The notes beneath the pieces are model-generated. The model was not told where the DNA came from, ran no database searches, and saw only the letters and a list, made by a program, of their open reading frames with translations. 41,561 nucleotides of DNA from contig JAGYLR010000001.1 in assembly GCA_018400895.1 (NCBI GenBank), positions 1 through 41,561 of the forward strand. Reading direction: 5' to 3'. Origin of the DNA: a bacterium (GTDB lineage: Bacteria; Patescibacteriota; Minisyncoccia; Minisyncoccales; PWPS01). The translations under genes and the position numbers were made by a program. Positions 38,092 to 41,561 of this stretch are shown here, piece by piece (position 1 is the first letter of the stretch; every line of letters begins with the position of its first letter).

Positions 38092-38383
38092 TTAGCTCAT
38101 TATTTTGTAATCATCTATTAGCGCGGTTATTTCTTCCATACTTTCAACGTTTAAATTGGCGTTGAAATCATATATCATGTAAATATAGTTCCAAACGTTC
38201 ATCAGTTGCTACGGCCTCGACCCAATAATCGGAGTTATTACTAGCCTCTTTGAAGTAAAAGCCTAGTTCATTATAGTGCTCGTCAGTATAAAAGCAAATA
38301 AATTCTATTAATTAGCTAATATCAATATCCTTTATATTGGTTGTATTAAAATACTCTTTTATTTCTTTTTTAATTGTTTTCAT
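38092..38383 (-). CDS. Small hypothetical protein with an in-frame TAA and one frameshift as sequenced
   Basis: MKTIKKEIKEYFNTTNIKDIDIS-TAA(38312-38314)-LIEFICFYTDEHYNELGFYFKEASNNSDYWVEAVATDERLELYLHD in the same frame, then YDFNANLNVESMEEITALIDDYKIMS* in the +1 frame. Confidence 0.35.
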
Positions 38384-38516
38384 ATAGTTTAATATTATTT
38401 TTATATATTTTTACGTTATCAAATTTTAAAGCATAATTGCAAGCTTCATCAAGGTTATTAAATAACTTAATAAATTCTATAAAACCTTGCCCCTGATTGA
38501 TTGTTAATTTATACAT
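38370..38516 (-). CDS. Small hypothetical protein (48 aa)
   Basis: Intact ORF MYKLTINQGQGFIEFIKLFNNLDEACNYALKFDNVKIYKNNIKLYENN. It overlaps the next ATG. Confidence 0.4.
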   Translation of the reverse strand: MYKLTINQGQGFIEFIKLFNNLDEACNYALKFDNVKIYKNNIKLYENN

Positions 38517-38520
38517 ATTA

Positions 38521-38640
38521 TTATTTATCATATAGTTTAATAGTTAGTTTTAAAGCAGTAATAGACTGCTTTAAATTAATTTTGTTAGCCTCTAAGTCTT
38601 TGGCTAGACGTTTTAGATCATTAATAAGATTGTTTTTCAT
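38521..38640 (-). CDS. Small hypothetical protein (39 aa)
   Basis: Intact ORF MKNNLINDLKRLAKDLEANKINLKQSITALKLTIKLYDK. It is the first ORF downstream (minus strand) of the control region. Confidence 0.4.
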   Translation of the reverse strand: MKNNLINDLKRLAKDLEANKINLKQSITALKLTIKLYDK

Positions 38641-38972
38641 AGTTTTTTTTGTTAATTTATTGTTTTTTATTGCCAGTCTATAGTCTTTCCGGCTAATCTA
38701 GAGCCTTTAGGCTATAGACTAGCAATTATTATTATTATATATCAAAATAAAAATGATTGTCAATAGCTTTGTTTGTGGAGAACTTATAGCAATATAACAA
38801 TAACAAGTTATTGCTTATAAGCAATATAGATATTGCTTATTGTCAATACTCTTTTATTTACATATTATAGATAATATGGCTATATTATGCTTGTATTGTC
38901 AATGAAAAATTGACAGGATTGTTATTATATAGCTATATGTTACGGAATACGTCAATTTTGTTACAATGAGAC

Positions 38973-39269
38973 AGAAGTGTGGGAACAGAAGTGTAACGGT
39001 GTAAATTTAGCTAATCTTAGCCTTGAAAATATCTGTTTTTGCTGGTTAGATTTGGAAATGTTATTAATTGTTACACTAGTTTAGTATTTAAAAATAAATT
39101 TGATACAGTAGACACAAATATAATGTGTCAAGAAAAATATATTAACCCTTCGTTTTAAGTTAAAATAACAGTGTAATATTCAATTTAAGTCAATTTGGCT
39201 AAATTAGCATTAAAAAAGCGTTACACTAGCGTTACACTAAGTGTAACAGAAGTGTAACAGAAGTGTAAC
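38973..39269. repeat. Iteron array of the 7-mer GTGTAAC / GTTACAC (at least 7 exact copies plus variants)
   Basis: AGAAGTGTGGGA and AGAAGTGTAAC (38973-38997), GTTACAC at 39070-39076, 39220-39226 and 39231-39237, then GTGTAAC at 39241-39247, 39252-39258 and 39263-39269. The last three have an 11-nt period (AGAAGTGTAAC) and face the two preceding inverted copies. Confidence 0.75.
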
Positions 39270-39671
39270 ATCTGCCATAAATATAAATAACCTGTCAACA
39301 AAGAGACGTCAAGCATTCCACAATCAGTAAAACGCCCTTTATCCTCAAAGTTTTATTAGTTGATTGTTTTTCGCTAATATTAAACAAAAGAAACTGGGTA
39401 TAATGTTTATTATACTCAGTTCCTAAAAATCCCCCGCCGTATAAATTGACAACCAACTAAAATTATAGTTTGCTTTTAGTTAGTTATTGGCTAACATTAG
39501 CAAAACTTGACAAGCTAGGGCATAAAATGTTTATTAAGCAGGGAGGCCACCCGCACCCCACCACACCCCCATTAAATTTAATATAGATGCCGTTTTAAAA
39601 ATTACACCATTTTTTCTGCAAAACACATCAACCCTACTTGATGTTTTTAATAGAACATGTGGTATTATTAC

Positions 39672-39734
39672 TTATACACAACTTATACACAACTTATCCA
39701 CATATTTTCCCGATTTGACCACAATTTATCCACA
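39672..39734 (+). promoter_or_regulatory. Cluster of four DnaA-box-like 9-mers (TTATNCACA)
   Basis: TTATACACA at 39672-39680 and 39683-39691, and TTATCCACA at 39694-39702 and 39726-39734, all in the same orientation. TTATCCACA is the canonical bacterial DnaA box. Confidence 0.6.
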
Positions 39735-39743
39735 TGGTATAAT
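39715..39743 (+). promoter_or_regulatory. Sigma70-type promoter (TTGACC-N17-TGgTATAAT) for the terS-terL-structural operon
   Basis: The -35 is at 39715-39720 and the -10 at 39738-39743, with TG at 39735-39736. DnaA box 4 sits in the spacer. The terS ATG at 39754 is only 10 nt after the -10, implying a leaderless or near-leaderless mRNA. Confidence 0.55.
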
Positions 39744-39753
39744 ATTATTAGAT

Positions 39754-40203
39754 ATGTCTATTAGATATAAAGATCAAGGTGAGATAATCAAAATGTATTT
39801 AGATGGTCAATCCATCAACCATATAAGCAAAACGTTCGATTCCTCACCCACCACAATTAAGAGCATAATTGAAAAGCCTGAGCTTAGAATGGAAGTTGAG
39901 AAGAAATTTTTTGCATTAGATAAGGCTCGGGAAAACCGTAAGATATCCGATTCAAAAGATAAAATAATTAATTTTATAAACGCTGCTATAGATGAGGCAT
40001 CCACCAAAGAGGGGAAGATGGCTTTCTTAAAAGAAGTCTCTTCTGTCATCGGTGAGCTAGACCGCATCTCACGCTTGAACTCAGGTGAGGTTACAGAACG
40101 CACAGAGCAAACTACAAAGAACATAGACTATGATGTAGCTAAGCTTATGCAGAATCTAAAAACCGATGAGGACAAAAAGCGTTTCTTACAATCACAATTA
40201 TGA
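39754..40203 (+). CDS. terS: Terminase small subunit candidate (HTH + coiled coil)
   Basis: Same frame as ORF track 39715..40203, but started at ATG 39754 (the TTG at 39715 is the -35 hexamer). It has an N-terminal HTH-like GQSINHISKTFDSSPTTIKSII and a charged helical remainder, and lies two genes upstream of terL. Confidence 0.5.
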   Translation: MSIRYKDQGEIIKMYLDGQSINHISKTFDSSPTTIKSIIEKPELRMEVEKKFFALDKARENRKISDSKDKIINFINAAIDEASTKEGKMAFLKEVSSVIGELDRISRLNSGEVTERTEQTTKNIDYDVAKLMQNLKTDEDKKRFLQSQL

Positions 40204-40538
40204 AAACAATAAAAGCGACAAAGGCTAATGTACTCTTAAAAGGCACAACTAAAAGGCTAACTGATTCTGGTATAGTGTTACCAGGGGCTAAGTCAGATAA
40301 TATTGATCGTAAAAGGTATGTGAAGGATGTTGAGGTTTTATCTGTTGGTCCTGATGTTACTAGTTGCAAGAAAGGTGATAGTGTAGTGGTGCTGTCTGAT
40401 ACTTTAATGAAGTTAGCATATAATGTAATACATTTTTTATTTGAAGATGATAAAGACCGCGCAGCGCAAGTTGATGACGGTTATTTTTATATTATGGTGC
40501 CTGAAGAGGAAATCAAAGGTGTTATATGTCAAAAGTAA
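40200..40538 (+). CDS. GroES/Cpn10-like co-chaperonin
   Basis: Intact 112-aa ORF. IKATKANVLLKGTTKRLTDSGIVLPGAKSD...VEVLSVGPDV..CKKGDSVVV parallels the GroES pattern i.P..drVlvk....e.kT.sGivlp.....k...g.VvavG.g......v.vGD.V. Confidence 0.55.
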   Translation: MKTIKATKANVLLKGTTKRLTDSGIVLPGAKSDNIDRKRYVKDVEVLSVGPDVTSCKKGDSVVVLSDTLMKLAYNVIHFLFEDDKDRAAQVDDGYFYIMVPEEEIKGVICQK

Positions 40539-41561
40539 GTAAGTTGGACATTAGAACTAAATATTCTATTCTCACGGCAGATGAGCATGAGAACTGTATA
40601 AAGAATAGAGCCATAGCTTATGACTTGTGTAAGAATGACTTTAAGTTCTTTGCGGATAATTTCGCTTGGATAGAGAACCCTAGGGCTGAAGATATTGAAG
40701 GGAAGAACATTCCGTTTCTACTCTGGGACTATCAGGAGGAAGCGTCTGATAAGATAATTGATGCTATAAAGAGGGGGTATGACCTGCCGATTGAGAAGTC
40801 CCGTGATCTGGGGTTGTCATGGTTGTTAATTTCTATATTTGTTTGGGGGTGGAATTTTCACGGATGGAATTTTCTGGTCGGTTCCCAAAAGGCGGAGAAC
40901 GTCCATACAAAAGGGAACACAAAGTCATTAATAGAAAAAGCCATTTACTTATGCGAAAGAGCTCCTGCGTGGTTAATACCACCCCTAAAAGACAAGGTTA
41001 ACATTAAGTATATGTTGCTGGTGCATCCTAAGCATGAGGCTACTATCGCTGGTGAAAGTAATAACACTAACTTTGGTAGGTCTGATAGAAGGAAGGCAAT
41101 ATTATTTGACGAGTTCAGTTCATGGGAGCAGACAGATAAGGCAGCGTGGCAGGCGTGTTCTTCTACAACTAATTGTCGTTTACCATTGTCAACGCCTAAT
41201 ACTAGGGGGACTAACTGTCATTTTTATACTATAACCAACCTGGCACATAAACAAAAGAAGCCGATACTGCGGCTGCACTGGACTAGGCATCCTATATTTT
41301 CGAAAGATTTGTATCGTGATAATGAGACAGGTAAACCTAGATCACCGTGGTATGATGAACAGATTAAGCGTGCTACTAGCATGCAGGAGATACACCAGGA
41401 GTTGGATATTGATTATGAGGCTAGTATGGGTGATAAGGTGTATGGGGACTTTAGGGTAGAGAGTCAAGTAGTAGAAGGCATGGAGTATGATGAGAGATAT
41501 CCACTGTATGTTGCTTGGGACTTTGGACTGGACACTACCGCAATAATATGGATACAAGAGG
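40526..41561 (+). CDS. terL: Terminase large subunit, N-terminal (ATPase) part; runs off the window end and continues at base 1
   Basis: ATG at 40526 overlaps the previous gene by 13 nt. There are 345 open codons plus 1 nt to the window end (it has no stop, so it is absent from the ORF track). Motifs: FLLWDYQEEA, IEKSRDLGLSW, AILFDEFSSW (Walker B-like), AWDFGLDTTAI. Confidence 0.85.
   Translation, partial: MSKVSKLDIRTKYSILTADEHENCIKNRAIAYDLCKNDFKFFADNFAWIENPRAEDIEGKNIPFLLWDYQEEASDKIIDAIKRGYDLPIEKSRDLGLSWLLISIFVWGWNFHGWNFLVGSQKAENVHTKGNTKSLIEKAIYLCERAPAWLIPPLKDKVNIKYMLLVHPKHEATIAGESNNTNFGRSDRRKAILFDEFSSWEQTDKAAWQACSSTTNCRLPLSTPNTRGTNCHFYTITNLAHKQKKPILRLHWTRHPIFSKDLYRDNETGKPRSPWYDEQIKRATSMQEIHQELDIDYEASMGDKVYGDFRVESQVVEGMEYDERYPLYVAWDFGLDTTAIIWIQE

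Noticed and set aside
39715-39753. TTG-started N-terminal extension of the terS ORF given by the ORF track (MTTIYPHGIILLD...)
   Set aside because: This stretch consists of the -35 hexamer, DnaA box 4 and the TATAAT box of a consensus promoter. The first ATG (39754) lies just downstream of the -10.
1-41561. tRNA genes, integrase/recombinase, transposase, toxin-antitoxin pairs, reverse transcriptase (DGR/retron)
   Set aside because: I found no T-loop-type GTTCGAATC/GGTTCAAATCC signatures and no recognisable catalytic motifs of these families in any frame. Absence by eye is weak evidence and should be confirmed with tRNAscan-type and HMM searches, especially in the frame-broken part.
1-41561. 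Direct terminal repeat at the window ends
   Set aside because: The first and last ~50 nt share no similarity. Instead, the two ends join into one continuous terL reading frame.

Overview
The window reads as one complete, circularly permuted genome (41,561 bp, AT-rich) of a tailed dsDNA phage. The large-terminase ORF runs off the 3' end (40526..41561) and continues in frame at bases 1..500. The plus-strand block (39.75 kb, across the window ends, to ~22.3 kb) carries terS, a GroES-like gene, terL, portal, scaffold, an HK97-type capsid gene, LamG/FISH receptor-binding proteins, lysis-type genes, a glycine-rich fibre and two very large virion proteins. The minus-strand block (22.3-38.6 kb) carries an SNF2 helicase, at least three DNA methyltransferases, YopX, a pentapeptide-repeat protein, a membrane-anchored transglycosylase, a PD-(D/E)XK nuclease, a P4/D5-type primase-helicase and two XRE regulators. 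The 38.7-39.75 kb stretch is a non-coding control hub with iterons, four DnaA boxes and sigma70-like promoters. The dominant anomaly is that ~3.6-31.45 kb, plus a patch at ~37.4-38.4 kb, is riddled with +/-1 frame breaks. In contrast, 31.46-36.9 kb and 39.75 kb-wrap-3.5 kb are perfectly open. The breaks I could resolve by eye sit in short A/T runs, so patchy uncorrected homopolymer error is the leading explanation, not stop-codon recoding. Coordinates of frame-broken genes are approximate reconstructions. I recognised no tRNA, CRISPR array, integrase or transposase.
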